From Eledone cirrhosa (taxonomy: Eukaryota), in assembly GCA_964016885.1 (NCBI GenBank), contig OZ024741.1, forward strand, positions 56,606,001-56,670,000: a stretch of 64,000 bases of DNA. Direction: 5' to 3'. The number at the start of each line of letters is the position of its first letter. The stretch's first letter is position 1. Below, one piece after another: positions 11,333 to 25,045 of this stretch. Both the position numbers and the translations under genes were made by a program. Under the pieces are notes generated by a model. That model had not been told where the DNA came from. It saw nothing but the letters and a program-made list of their open reading frames with translations, and made no database searches.

Positions 11333-14300
11333 ATGGCTGAACACAACATCAACAACAACACCAGTGGAGTACCGAAGAAAAACGAGAAAGGTAAAAAAGA
11401 TTTATTCAGTTGTAGCTACAGAAGAAACCGAAATTATAAATCGCATTTCTCTTGGCGTTGCGAACTTAATGATGATTTGTTTAATTGTTATAAAATAGCA
11501 AAAAACAATCCCTCCATTAGCTATATGAACAGAATGAAGCTACACTGGGACGAAATAAACCCAGAGCTAAATCACTTCACAGCGAAACAATTACGCCAAC
11601 AAGCGACGTTTGTTGAACGTAAAAATAAGATAAATATTATTAATTGTAAGTCACCCAGAACAAACATGGAATCAACAACACGTCTACAGGTCGCTATGCA
11701 ACTAGACTTCCTAGCAGCCAGGTCGAACAGTGCCTTGAAACAACTATGCCTGTAAGAAATTTGACACCACGCGTACCATCTAAGCTACCTCGAATGTTGG
11801 GGAAAACATTATCGATAATAATAATAACCGAAGAAATAATAATAATAATAATCGAAGAAATTTGATACCACGTGTACCATCCGAGTCTACCTCGACTGTT
11901 GTGGAAAATACTATCGATAATGATAATAATCAAAAGTATAAACAATTGAAAATTTCCCCCAACGAAATCTTCGAGAGAGAAATTAATTCATGTATAAACA
12001 TTTCTCTTGCAGAACATATCAAAACAACAATATTTAATAAAAAACTAAATAATGAAATATTACGTCTTATTGACGAAATAGGAGATGAAGATTTACGACG
12101 GATAAAAACCCCAACATTTTGGCAAATCGACGCCTGTTTATATGCCTTAGCAACGACAGTGAAGCATTATCTTGGTAATAGCAGAGATATTAACAAGAAC
12201 AAAACACCACCAAAAATAAAAATAGAAAAAAAGATTACTAACCTACGAAAAACCATAGGATATGATGTGACAATGCTCCTTACATGCAAACAAACACAAA
12301 AAAAACCTCACTCCTCACCAACAAAGAGTGAAAAATAAAATAGAGACGATGTTTGGTAACAGTAGAACCAGAACTCTTCAATATAAGCTGATCATCCTCA
12401 AACAAGAATTGAGAGCTGTTATCGAAAAACGTCGATACCTGAAGAAGGTAGATGAAAGAAAAGTGCTTCATAAAAGATTCAGACGAAACCAAACATCAGT
12501 CTATAGAGATATGAAGGGCAAAATAATAAGTGTCACTGAGGCCCCATCTCAGAAAGACATAGATTCCTTTTGGAGAAAAATATGGGGTGAAAAGAAGAAT
12601 TTCAACCAAGATGCAGTGTGGCTAAAAGAAATCCGAAAGAACTATTGCTCCTACACTACAACAAAAACATACGAAATAAGTGAGGGTACCCTTGAGACTG
12701 TGATAGGAAAACTCCAAGATAAGAAAACACCAGGAAGAGACATGATTGTCGGCTACTGGTACAAAAAAACTGATTTTCTATCGGAGGTATCTTACCGACA
12801 TCTACCAACAAGTTCTTAAGGAAGATACACTTATAACAGAATGGTTGACATTAGCACAAACATTACTGATCCTCAAGAACAAAGACACCCACTTGGCAAA
12901 AAACTACCGAACCATTGCATGCCAGACCCTGATGTATAAGATGTATACAGCCTGCCTGAACCTATTCCGCCAAGATCACTGTGAAAATAATTGTTTCTAT
13001 TTTAGGCACAAGGCCAGCAATTACCCAGTACATTACTGGTACTTTATTTTATCGACCCCGTAAGGATGAAAGGCAAAGTTAACCTCGGCGGGATTTGAAC
13101 TCAGATCATAAAGGGACGTAATTCTATGCTTCAAAGCATGGCGTCCGACCCTCTACCGATACTGCCAACCCACCGCCCTGTAAAAATAATAACATCATCA
13201 CAGATGAACAAGCAGCTGGAAAGAAAGAGGTTTGGGGATGTTCTGAACAACTCCTAATCAACAAAACTGCGATGTCGGAGGTGCGACAGCTTAGGAGGAA
13301 TATGGCTACAGTCTGGCTGGACTACAGGAAAGCTTTCGATTCTGTTCCCCACTCTTGGATGATAGAGGCCCTCCGATTAGCTAAAGTCCCAGACATTATT
13401 ATCAGAGCCATAGAGAAGCTGTCTTTTTCTTGGGATACTATCCTAAAGTTAAAGACAGAGAAGGAGGACTCTATTTTCACTGATAAAATAAAATATCGCA
13501 GGAGTATATTTCAGGGAGACAGTCTCTGTGATATTATTCCTCCTGTCATTAAACCCCTTGTCCTTTCTGCTCAAGAAATGTGAGGGATACATCATTGGCT
13601 CATAATTTCTTTGTGGATGATCTGAAACTCTATGCCAAGAACATGGATGGGATGAAGAAAAATCTTGACCCGGTTACAACATTATCAAAGGATATAGGAA
13701 TGGAGTTTGGCCAAGATAAATGCTCATATATGACTGTAAAGCGGGGAAAAACAACAACCCATCTAGCAACATTGTCATCAATGGTCTAACTGTTTCACCG
13801 ATATCTGATGAGAACTGCTACAGATACCTGGGGATAGATGAGAACATATCCTATAATGGTATCTGTAATAAGGAACGCGTAACCAGGGAATACTACACCC
13901 GATTATGAAAGATATGGTCATCGGAACTCTCTGCGCAAAACAAAACAGTGGCTCACAGTGTGTTTGCTGTGCCTGTCCTAACACCAACTATTGGAATACT
14001 CAATTGGACGATAGACGAAATTGGACGATAGACGAAATCCGAGCGATTGATGTTAAAACTCCAAAAATACCAAACAACACCGGAAACTTCCACATCAATA
14101 GTGACATAGACCACCTTTACTTGAAACGTAAGCAGGGAGGCAGAGGCCTAACATCAGTCCAGACAGCATTTGAATGGCGCATCATATCCATCCGAAAACA
14201 TCTACGAACCTCAAAGCGTAGGAGCCCATCTCTCGAGCAAGTCTATCTGCATGAAACAGATAAGATCATGAGAGTTGGGAAGGAACTCCTCGAGAGCTAT

Positions 14301-15194
14301 TCCCTGTGTGATAATCAAAAACTCACACCCAGGGAAGTCGCTCAGCAGTATCGCAGCGAATCCATGGATGAAAAACTGCATGCTTATTAGCAAAACATCA
14401 TGCATGGATATGTTGCCAGGAAGCTCCAGAGTGAGAGTAATATAGATAAGGAAAGTAGTCTATCTTGGACCAACAACCGCTATATTAGCTCCCACTTTGA
14501 AGGATACGCTTTTGCAATCCAAGAACAGGAAATCAACACGAAATACCTGATTCACAAAAGAGATAGGGATGCAGGCAAAACACCTAAATGTGATAACAAG
14601 TGCAGACTCTGCTGAATTAACATCGAAGATGTCACCCATGTTATAAGTAGCTGTCCAAAGATGTCATCGCGGTACTATCTACCTATGAGTCATGATGTAG
14701 TGACCAAAACACTGTACAATGCAATCCGTAGAAAAGATAGCCCCGATAATAAACACATTAAAAGCTACAGCAATGTGGAAGATATACATACACATAATAT
14801 AAAAGAGTACTGGTGGAATGTTCCAGTAAAAACCTCAATAAAATGCAGGCATAATAGACCAGATATTATGATATGGGACAGGGAAAAGAAGGCATGCACA
14901 GTTGTGGTAGTTAGCTGCTCAGCAGATGCCAATATAATATCAAAGATTAGCGAAAAGGAGAATATTTATGCAGAAATGATGAGAAATCTGAATATACTCC
15001 ACCCTGATTATACCTACAGATTTATGCCTGTGATTATTGGGGCACTGGGATATGTTAGTAACTGCCTCAATACAAATCTTGAGAATCTGGGCTTCACAGG
15101 AACAGAAAGAACACAACTAGTTAGGAAATTACAAGTACAATCCATTAATGGAACAGTAAAAATATGTAAAACATTCCAAAAATTGTGCAGCTAA
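11333..15194 (+). pseudogene. Dong/R4 polyprotein (RT + CCHC + restriction-like endonuclease), multiply frameshifted
   Basis: KTPGRD, NYRTIAC, WLDYRKAFDSVPH, IFQGDSL, HNFFVDDLKLY, YRYLGI, CRLC and HNRPDIMIWD across the ORF-track fragments. Confidence 0.9.
12991..13178 (-). mobile_element. SINE nested in the Dong RT region
   Basis: SINE core; TSD tgtgaaaataat / tgtaaaaataat. Confidence 0.9.
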
Positions 15195-15875
15195 TAACTG
15201 CATATACACATGTACAGATACTAAGCATATACACATGTACAGATACTAAGCATATACACATGCACACATACAACTCAAAACATCCACATCCACACATACA
15301 TTAACATCTATATCTACACATGCTTGCATGCAGACACGAATACATATTTACCTAGTTGATGTTGTGTAAATTCCAATGAGAGAGTCTTGTGTCTATGTTA
15401 GAAACCGACTCTCTCTATTGGCAAAAATTTGTGAAATTATAAAACCAGAAGAACATACAAACATATTGTAATTTTCAAAATGTCTGGCGAACATAATAAT
15501 AAAGATTCACACATTCTCAAGAGCAATTAGTCACTTGATTAACAATTAATTATCATTTTCTTTGTTTTTTATTGACAATTACACGTTGAAAAACTCAATA
15601 TTCTCAGATTTGCAAACAAGATTAACTAAATAGAGTTTAATTATAAATGTTCTACTTGATATATTACCTCCAGTCTTATCTATCAATGTATCTATGTACC
15701 TATGTATCTATGTGTGTATGTGTGTGTGTGTGTATGTGTGAGTGTGTATGTATGTTTGTGTGTATTTATGTTTGTGTGTATGTATTATGTATGCTGTATG
15801 TATACTCGTACACACACATACGAATATATATGTATATACGCATATTCATACCCACACATACACACATATGTGTAC

Positions 15876-15907
<32 letters not shown>

Positions 15908-15911
<4 letters not shown>

Positions 15912-16278
15912 CGTTTCTGAATTTGTTTAGCAAGATTTTTTATCTGAAAACGTGTGTTGAAACCGATATTGTTATGCTTTGGGAGGGTCATGTTTCCAAT
16001 AAGAAACACACGCACCAGTTGCTTTCACTTCAATTTATTATAAATTAAATTTATAAATTTAGGAATTTATAAATTTCCGGTTGGTTGGTTGGTTCCACAA
16101 CCAGACGATTGTTCATATATTGTCAAAGTTCTTTCGTCACACATTCTGTGACCTCTTCAGTGACTGGGGATTCTTTTCTTTGTTTTTGTGCCTCTCCTTT
16201 GTTCTGTCCCACGATGGCGTAGGAACTGGTGCGTGTGTTTCTTATTGGCAACATGACCCTCCCAAAGCATAACAATAT
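15908..16278. mobile_element. Short PLE-like insertion with 5' inversion and hammerhead
   Basis: 15966-16020 is inverted relative to 16224-16278; hammerhead on the minus strand at 16122-16164; 3' end atgaccctcccaaagcataacaat(at)n; colinear relative at 18301-18580. Confidence 0.75.
16122..16164 (-). ncRNA. Minimal type I hammerhead motif
   Basis: Minus strand reads gtca-CTGAAGA-ggtcaca gaatg tgtgac-GAAA-gaactt-tgac (stem I gtca/tgac). Confidence 0.7.
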
Positions 16279-16468
16279 ATATACATATATCAGATAGGGT
16301 GTGGTAAAATACCTGGCAATAGCCCACCAGAGTACTCGATACTTGGGGTAGTAGAGTGGGTAATATATATATGTATGTGTATATATATAAGTTATCCCGA
16401 GTTCAATCGGGGTAACCACAGTAAGTCAGGTACTCAATACATAGCAGAGTATAAATTTTTAATATATG

Positions 16469-16566
16469 AATGGCTTCTACTAGAACTGTTTCATTCGAAG
16501 GAAATCACCAGGAAAGCCCTGATGATTTCCTTCGAATGAAACAGTTCTAGTCCTGTAGAAGCCATT
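16469..16566. repeat. Foldback with hammerhead-like core (related sequence at 16660-16693 and 31610-31660)
   Basis: aatggcttctac.tagaactgtttcattcgaaggaaatcaccagg pairs with cctgatgatttccttcgaatgaaacagttctag..gtagaagccatt. Confidence 0.75.
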
Positions 16567-16596
16567 TCTCTCTCCCCGCCTCTCTCTCTCTCTATT

Positions 16597-16638
<42 letters not shown>

Positions 16639-16989
16639 AATAGAGAGAGGGGGGGGGGAGAAATGGCTTCTACATGACTAGAGAACTGTTTCCTCAATTT
16701 AAGAATGACCTGTAGTATCTATTTCATACTATTAACCTTAATTGAATATATATCTGACCAGGAATGCTTTTTGTGAAAATCAGTCATATGGAACTATCGT
16801 CATCTTGCCTGACGGTTTGAACTTTACAACACCACCTGCCTCTTTGAGGTCAAATACCAGCCCTACTAGCATCTACAAACTGACCAATGAGAATTAAGAC
16901 TATTCCTGCTGACAACATTAAATTATTCCTAACAAGCTCATATGTCCCAACACTATAAACACAGAGCTGGCATATCTAAGAACTGACTA

Positions 16990-17045
16990 ACTGCCCGATG
17001 AGGTCATAACCATTCAATGGCTATCATCGAAATATATATAGCAGT
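16990..17045 (+). ncRNA. Hammerhead motif (one core substitution) followed by AATAAA
   Basis: actgc-CCGATGA-stem II-GAAA-tatatata-gcagt-aaataaa. Confidence 0.6.
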
Positions 17046-17100
17046 AAATAAAGAATTATGAGTTCATGCAATTGACTTATGTTTCGTCACTATATATATA

Positions 17101-17525
17101 TATTAAAATAACAGATTAAAGTTTAAGCAAAGAATCGCTACTTTTACCCTTAACAAGATCTTCTGAAACTAAAAAAAATCAATCTCTGAACGCAGAAGTA
17201 AATATTTCGAAAAACGTTGCAACCGAAGGAAAACAGGAAGACGTGAAGACGTTCCCTGGCAATGAACGGAAAAAAGCGAAGATGTTACGTCGTTATGTGG
17301 ACCGGTGAGAACAATTACACGCAAAGACAGAATCATGTAGACTAATATTCTTTTTAGGAAACCGAATGATTCTCGGCTTCAGAGTTAAGAATAAAGTAAA
17401 TAAATTAGTAGAACGAAAATGACAGAGGTTATTAAAAAATATTTGCTCTAGGGTTCTTATATATTTGATATATATTTATCCTTATTGAGCCCTCTTTGGA
17501 TTTTAGTCTTCAAATTTATTATTAT

Positions 17526-17530
<5 letters not shown>
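17101..17530. mobile_element. (AT)n-inserted repeat with twin-priming-type inversion (family also at 24786-24940, 25940-26520, 50420-50650)
   Basis: The segment tattaaaataacagattaaagtttaagcaaagaatcgct is inverted relative to the terminal segment aaatatttgctcta..attattacta(ta)n; the two are colinear in the 25940-26520 copy. Confidence 0.75.
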
Positions 17531-17571
<41 letters not shown>

Positions 17572-17792
17572 GTAATCTGAGTTTTTCGAATATTAATAAT
17601 AATATTCGATTCGTTTGCAATTATGCAAACTGCCCCTTTTTTAAAGCCATGTCAGTAGAATGAGCCCCTCATATAATTTTAAATATGTGTTGGTTGTTTA
17701 CCAACACTTCAGTATGCAGGTTAGAGCACTGAACGAAGTGCGCAGGTTGGTCTGTTTACTCAGGAGTACTGTAAAAACACGAAGTGTAAGTC

Positions 17793-18045
17793 AATTTCGG
17801 TGATAGCCATTATTCAACAGCTATGACTTCATCAGGCAGTAAGAACTTGAACGGAAAAATATGCTTTCAGTTCCTTAGAGGACTAACACCACACTCTGGA
17901 TCTAACCATATCAATTGATTAACAAGGTAAAATCTATTACAACATTATGTTTTCCTGTTTTTTCTGTTCAAGTTGTTACTGCCTGATGAGGTCTTTCTTA
18001 CCTGTTGAATAATGGCTATCACCGAAATACATATAACAGCGAATA
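17793..18045. repeat. Inverted pair of hammerhead-bearing segments
   Basis: Plus strand 17977-18040 tactgc-CTGATGA-ggt...acc-GAAA-tacatata-acagc; reverse-complement copy at 17793-17860; related to 16990-17045. Confidence 0.75.
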
Positions 18046-18088
18046 TGAATACACGAGGCTAATTTTATCCTGTTGATTTACACTTCTT

Positions 18089-18229
<141 letters not shown>

Positions 18230-18265
18230 GTTTTTTAAAAAGTATCCTGTTGACTTACACTTCTT

Positions 18266-18300
<35 letters not shown>

Positions 18301-18303
<3 letters not shown>

Positions 18304-18580
18304 CGTTTTTGTATTTGTTTTCCAAGATTTCTTCTCTGAAAACGCGTGTTTCTAAAGTGGTTTCTAAAACAAGATGGTGGTTTCAAAACAAAAGATATAC
18401 ACAAAAAAATAACAACAAAAGCAGTGACTGAGCAGTTCACAGAATGTGACGAAGAGCTTTGACAAGTAAACAAGTAAACAACCATCCGTTTGGACTGGGA
18501 GCTTATTATTTAATACGTGAATTCTAATACGTGCGTGTGTTTTTATTGGCAGCATGACCCTCCCCCAAAAGTATAACTAT
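18301..18580 (+). mobile_element. Short PLE-like element, non-inverted relative of 15908-16278
   Basis: Same 5' motif (caagatttcttctctgaaaacg), decayed hammerhead near 18425-18465, 3' end atgaccctcccccaaaagtataac(ta)n. Confidence 0.65.
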
Positions 18581-18610
18581 ATATATAAGAAACCACTGTA
18601 TATATATATG

Positions 18611-18659
<49 letters not shown>

Positions 18660-18898
18660 ATATCCACGGTTAGTTGTGGGGTCTAGTCTAATTGATTTTG
18701 ACAACGGCTGACGATATACACGTAGGTAAATATATTCCTTATTTGATATTTTGTAACTAACCTTACATAGATCGATAACGAAATATGCGTACGATGTATT
18801 ATTATCACCTAGAAACGATCGTAAAGCAGTGAAGTATATTCCTAATGACTTGAATTTTTATTTCATTGTTTTAACTTATATATATATATATATATATG

Positions 18899-18943
<45 letters not shown>

Positions 18944-18958
18944 AACCATTGTATTTAT

Positions 18959-19212
18959 ATATAAGGAAAATAAATTGAAAATGCAACTTAAAAATATTCA
19001 TTTATTTACTTTACCGGTTTCACAGTTCTTATGATTTTCAAAAGTAAAATTGAGATGGAGGGTTTATATTTCTGCGAGACAAACCACAGCAGAAACACAA
19101 CCCCTCCATCTCAATTTTACTTTTGAAAATCATAAGAACTGTGAAACCGTTAAAGTAAATAAATGAATATTTTTAAGACTCCAGTTGCATTTTCAATTTC
19201 TTTTTCTTATAT
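18959..19212. repeat. Foldback (about 105-bp arms) with degenerate hammerheads in both arms
   Basis: 18959-19063 pairs with 19101-19212; arm reads tttact-tTTGAAAA-tcata agaac tgt-GAAAC-cggta-aagtaaataaa. Confidence 0.85.
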
Positions 19213-19354
19213 TTTCACCCGTGTGGGACATCTCGATTTTTTTTTTTTTTTTTTTTAAACCTTATTTTCTTTATATATATATATATATATTATCCACTCT
19301 ACTACACTAAGTATCGAGTACTCTGGTTTTACAGCCTCCATTATGATATATCTA

Positions 19355-19397
<43 letters not shown>

Positions 19398-19745
19398 ATA
19401 TGTGTGTGTGTGTGTGGGGGGGGGGGTCTGTGTGCAATATCTAAAATATTATAGATGATACACCACGTGTATGGAAACACTGAAAGCCACGTAAGAATAG
19501 AGTGTCATAGATGTATGATGAATGTTTATGTCACATAACAGTATTCAATACTATTTCATTAGAGTGACTACAATGGCATACGTGCATTTTAGATATTTGT
19601 TATGGCTTTACTACCGTCTCAATATAATTATTCCTTGAAAGCTTAAGGTAAATTATAAAAGGAATTGCAATATTTGCTATAGAAATAATTGTAAAACGCT
19701 TCTGTGCACAATAGGTTTATATAATGTAAAAGGGTAAATTATATT

Positions 19746-19775
19746 TTACTAGCAGCGGTACCCGGCATTCCCGAA
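19746..19775 (-). mobile_element. Possible Helitron 3' terminus
   Basis: Minus strand has GC-rich imperfect palindrome cgggaatgccggg then ctag|t; CT-rich subrepeats upstream at 19870-19990. Confidence 0.35.
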
Positions 19776-19995
19776 GTGCCGAATATGAAGACATTTCTTT
19801 CATTTTTAAATGTTAATGACGTAATTTATATATAGCTTTAGAACATACATACAAATTAACAAACATATTATACCTCCAGTAGCACCCCTCTCCCTATATA
19901 CTTCCAATGTATAAGCTTCTCTCTCCATATACCTCCAGTGCACATCTCCTCTCTCCACACATCACCAATACACAACTATCTTCTCTCTCCATATA

Positions 19996-20286
19996 TACAG
20001 GCTGTCCCCCCCCAAAAAAAATGTATACACACTTTGCTTACCTGTACAGGCAATATTTATTAGAATGCACTGTCTTTCCCAAAAATAAAATGATCTACAG
20101 ACATAATTCAATTGTATGTAAACACCCAAAAATGTTTACATAATTTAAATAATTGTTTCTACTTTAGGCACAAGGCCAGCAATTACCCAGTGCATTACTG
20201 ATACTCTATTTTATCGACCCCGTAAGGATGAAAGGTAAAGTCAATTAAATAATGCATTTTATACATTTTTTGTGGACACCCTGTAT
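19996..20286. mobile_element. Tc1/mariner-type MITE with partial SINE insertion
   Basis: TA-flanked TIRs tacaggctgtcc..aaaaaatgtata / tatacattttttgtggacaccctgta; solo end also at 29736-29760. Confidence 0.7.
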
Positions 20287-20387
20287 ATACTGGTTTATAA
20301 TTTAAGCATAAAGCAAGGAAAACAAAATATTACAATGCATTTCATCCGACAACTAACGATTCTGCCAAGCCACCATCATATATATAT

Positions 20388-21140
<753 letters not shown>

Positions 21141-21879
21141 ATAATATCACCGAATCATGAGCAACATCTCGCCATAGTTATTTGACGTTCATTATTATTC
21201 ATTGAAACCAACACTTCTCATACATTATTTTACATATATTGACCAGAAGATGATTACCTCCCACTTAATCTGCTCTATTTATTGCCTTAAATAGATCTGG
21301 ATCCACGCATTACGTAAAAAATATTCCTAAAATCATATACCTCAAAAAGAAATAATACATTGCACAATGTAGTCTCTGATAAGAATCCAGGTAAAAAAAA
21401 AAGCCACAGGAAAAAGTAACAAGAGGAAAGTCATATTTTATTTAAATATTATAAAAGGGTAATTTATCAAAAAGAAAAAAAATCCAATACAGGAGAAAAT
21501 GAAGGAAAGAGGAAAGGAGGTTAAATAAAGGTGAAAAGAAGAGAGAAATAAATGTTAAAGGAGAAGAAATAGAAGGTTATTTATGTAAAAGGGAAACAAA
21601 TGGAAAGGAGCGGATCGTGAGATAAGATCAATAAAATTATGATTTCATTGGCTTTTCCAATGTTGATACTATATGCCGGTTGTAAATCCTGGCAAAATGA
21701 AACGAGATTTGAACTCAGAATGCACAGAGCTGGATCAGATACCGCAAAGTATCACATCCATCGCCATGAATTAATAAGTTATTGATCCTCTAAAAGATGA
21801 AACACAAAGTTGACCTCGGTTAGATTTGAACTCAGAGTGACAGAACAAACACTAAGACATTTAATCCGACGATCTAACC

Positions 21880-21990
21880 CAGTGGTTCTCAACCAGGGTC
21901 CACCTGGGCCCCTGGACTCCATATAACTATTTTGGGTGTCCTAGTAATTTGGGGGTCCACAGAAGTATTTTAGGGGTTCATGAAAAAGGT
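21880..21990. mobile_element. hAT-like MITE fragment
   Basis: cagtggttctcaacc terminus with ggggtcc subterminal repeats. Confidence 0.45.
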
Positions 21991-22178
21991 TTACTTTCAA
22001 AGAAAACGTCTTAAGCTTTAAAGAAAAAAAAACAACGTTTTTTTAAATTTCAAATAAAACAAAGGAGTTGGTAAAAAAACTCCCTAGGGAATTAAAAGAA
22101 ATCAAAAGAAATTATACTTGGCGAAAGTAATAACAACCAGAACCAGTGGTGATGGGGTTTAAATAAATTTATATACAT

Positions 22179-22212
<34 letters not shown>

Positions 22213-22253
22213 ACACACATACACACACACACACACTCACACTCACACACACA

Positions 22254-22286
<33 letters not shown>

Positions 22287-22289
22287 CTT

Positions 22290-22362
<73 letters not shown>

Positions 22363-22564
22363 GTAGTTCCACAATAGTTAGTTCACCATTACCGAGAACT
22401 ATTTGTTTCACCTTATTAGGATCATCAGCTCGGTTTAAATAAGGTTGTACAGAAAAGGAAAAACAACTGTTCGAATACGCATGTGCAGAAACAGTCACTT
22501 GTCAAAGGGGAAGTGAACCCACGATAGATCGGTGGCAGGGAGATCACTGTGGATACTCGGAATA

Positions 22565-22756
22565 ATAATTGTTTTTACTTTTGGCACAAGGCCAGCAATT
22601 ATCCAGTGCATTACTGGTACTTTTTTTAATCGACCCCGTTATGATGAAAGACAAAGTTAACCTCGGCGGGATTTGAACTCAGAAGGGCAAGGGCCGTAAC
22701 TCTATGCGTCAAAGCATGGCGTTCGGCACTGTACCGATACTGCCAATCCCCCGCCA
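22565..22756 (-). mobile_element. tRNA-derived SINE
   Basis: SINE core. Confidence 0.85.
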
Positions 22757-23183
22757 GTCCACTAATGGATGATTCGTGCTATTCAGTCCATATATAATTC
22801 AAATTAAAAGATATATATATAGAGAGTGAGAGGGAAAGAGCTATATATCGTTAGAGAAACACATAGTATTTTGTACATATAAAGCACATAATATTTAGGA
22901 AAAAGTACATACTTTAAGGTGGAACATTTTTTACAGGATATTTAAAAAACCTTTTTGAGAAGTTTTATAATGTTTTAAAATATTTCAAGTTGTGCGAAAT
23001 TGTTTCAAAGGTTTTTTTAAAAATACTATTTAACGTCCTAAGGCTATCGGAATTGGTAGGATGAAAACTATTTCGCCGTAGACGAAATATGTATTATGGA
23101 GATAAAAATAAACCTAAATAAAATTGCATACGGCTTTCGATTTATTTATCTATTTACTTCCCTCTGTGTGTGTGTGTGTGTGT

Positions 23184-23252
<69 letters not shown>

Positions 23253-23339
23253 ACATACGTTTTTGTGCATATTTATCTGTGTATGTATATATGTGTGGAG
23301 ATATGTATGTATGTGTGTGTATATATATATATATATAAA

Positions 23340-23487
23340 TCAATAATATTAATAAATGGAAGCTATCTATATAAAACCATATTTATTTTATTATATATAT
23401 TTCAAGGGTACCAAAATTGTGGCACGCTCTCTCATCAGATAAAATACAAAAGTTGGTTTACAGATAGTGTGTGTGTGTGGTGTGTGT

Positions 23488-23545
<58 letters not shown>

Positions 23546-24140
23546 CACATACGTGTTTGTGCATATATATCTGTGTATGTATATATGTGTGGAGGTATGT
23601 ATGTATATGTGTGTATATATAAATCAATAATATTAATAAATGGAAGCTATCTATATAAAAACATATTTATTTTATTTTATATATTTCAAGGGTACCAAAA
23701 TTGTGGCACGCTCTCTCATCAGATAAAATACAAAAGTTGGTTTACAGATAGTGACATTCAGACAAGAACTTAATGTTGTGAGTTCTATTTGAATATATAT
23801 ATTTATATACAATGATATTAAATAAATGAAAACTATATTTATAAAACCATATTTATTCTATTATATATATTTCAAAGGTACCAACACTTTGGTACGCTCT
23901 CATCAGATAAAATACAATTTATTTTATAAATATTGACAGAACCAGGAAGAAGATCTTAACGGTTTTTTTCCTGGAAAAACTTGAACCGTTAAGAGGTTCT
24001 TCCTGGTTATGTCAATATTTATAAAACAAACTTTGTATTTTATCTGATGAGAGCGTACCAAAGTTTTGGTACCCTTGAAATATATATAATAGAGTAAATA
24101 TGTTTTTATAAATATAGTTTCCATTTATTTAATATCATTG
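23340..24140. mobile_element. Tandem plus inverted array of hammerhead-bearing pLTR-like units
   Basis: Minus-strand units at about 23340-23465, 23625-23750 and 23810-23963; plus-strand unit 23984-24140 with hammerhead at 24036-24096 (tattttat-CTGATGA-gagcgtacca aagttt tggtaccctt-GAAA-tatatata-atagagta). Confidence 0.85.
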
Positions 24141-24279
24141 AATATTATACTCCAGAAAATCTGCCGAGTGCTTCGAATCAGTTATAAACATTTATATTTA
24201 TGGAATTACCAACAAATTAAATATCCCTTTTGCCTATATATATGTATATATATATATGTATATATATATGTATATATAC

Positions 24280-24408
24280 TTGGAACTCTTTTTAACCATC
24301 TTTTGATCTTATATTATTTATACTCCAGTCCTATGAACTGTGGAGTGCTACTTATCCGATATTTGCATTGCTTTATTGTGCTACAATAAAACTCACCTCC
24401 TATATTAT
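24280..24408 (+). mobile_element. Solo 3' tail of the PLE at 32420-34742
   Basis: tggaactc.tttaaccatcttttgatcttatatta...ctacaataaaactcac matches the reverse complement of 32420-32545. Confidence 0.75.
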
Positions 24409-24476
<68 letters not shown>

Positions 24477-24514
24477 ATGGAAATGGCGTGCTGCGTTGTT
24501 GCGGATGTGATACA

Positions 24515-24776
24515 TATGAATTAAAAAATAGAGTAAGAAGCCAGGACTATCCGTCATCAGTGATCTTCTGGCCATCATAGGTATTTCTTCGCATTAAAGA
24601 CCAGATACCTCAGGCCAGCGCGAGCAATAACTAAATAAAGTTAATGGGACATTATTTAGTTAATGCTCACGCTGGCCTGAGGTATATGATCTTTAATGCG
24701 AAGAAATACCTATGATGGCCAGAAGATCACTGATGACGAATAGTCCTGGCTTCTTACTCTATTTTTTAATTCATAT
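24515..24776. repeat. Foldback (about 124-bp arms, 13-bp spacer) between (AT)n tracts
   Basis: 24515-24638 is the near-perfect reverse complement of 24652-24776. Confidence 0.92.
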
Positions 24777-25045
24777 ATATATATATATTTATTAAAATAA
24801 CAGATTAAAGTTTAAGCAAAGAATCGCTGCTTTCACCCTTAACGGGATCTTCTGAGACTAACAAAGTCAATCTGTGAACGCAGAAGTGAATATTTCAAAA
24901 AACGTTGCAACCGGAGGAAGACAGGAAGACGATACTTTGGTATATATATATATCTCTCTATATATATACATATATATATATACATATACATATACATATA
25001 TACCTCCACTCATATATACATACACAGACATATATATATATATAT

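Larger units (their letters stand above)
11117..15454 (+). mobile_element. Near-full-length degraded Dong/R4-clade non-LTR retrotransposon
   Basis: 5' UTR, fragmented ORF 11333-15194 and the same 3' UTR as the neighbouring copies; in (TACA)n. Confidence 0.92.
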
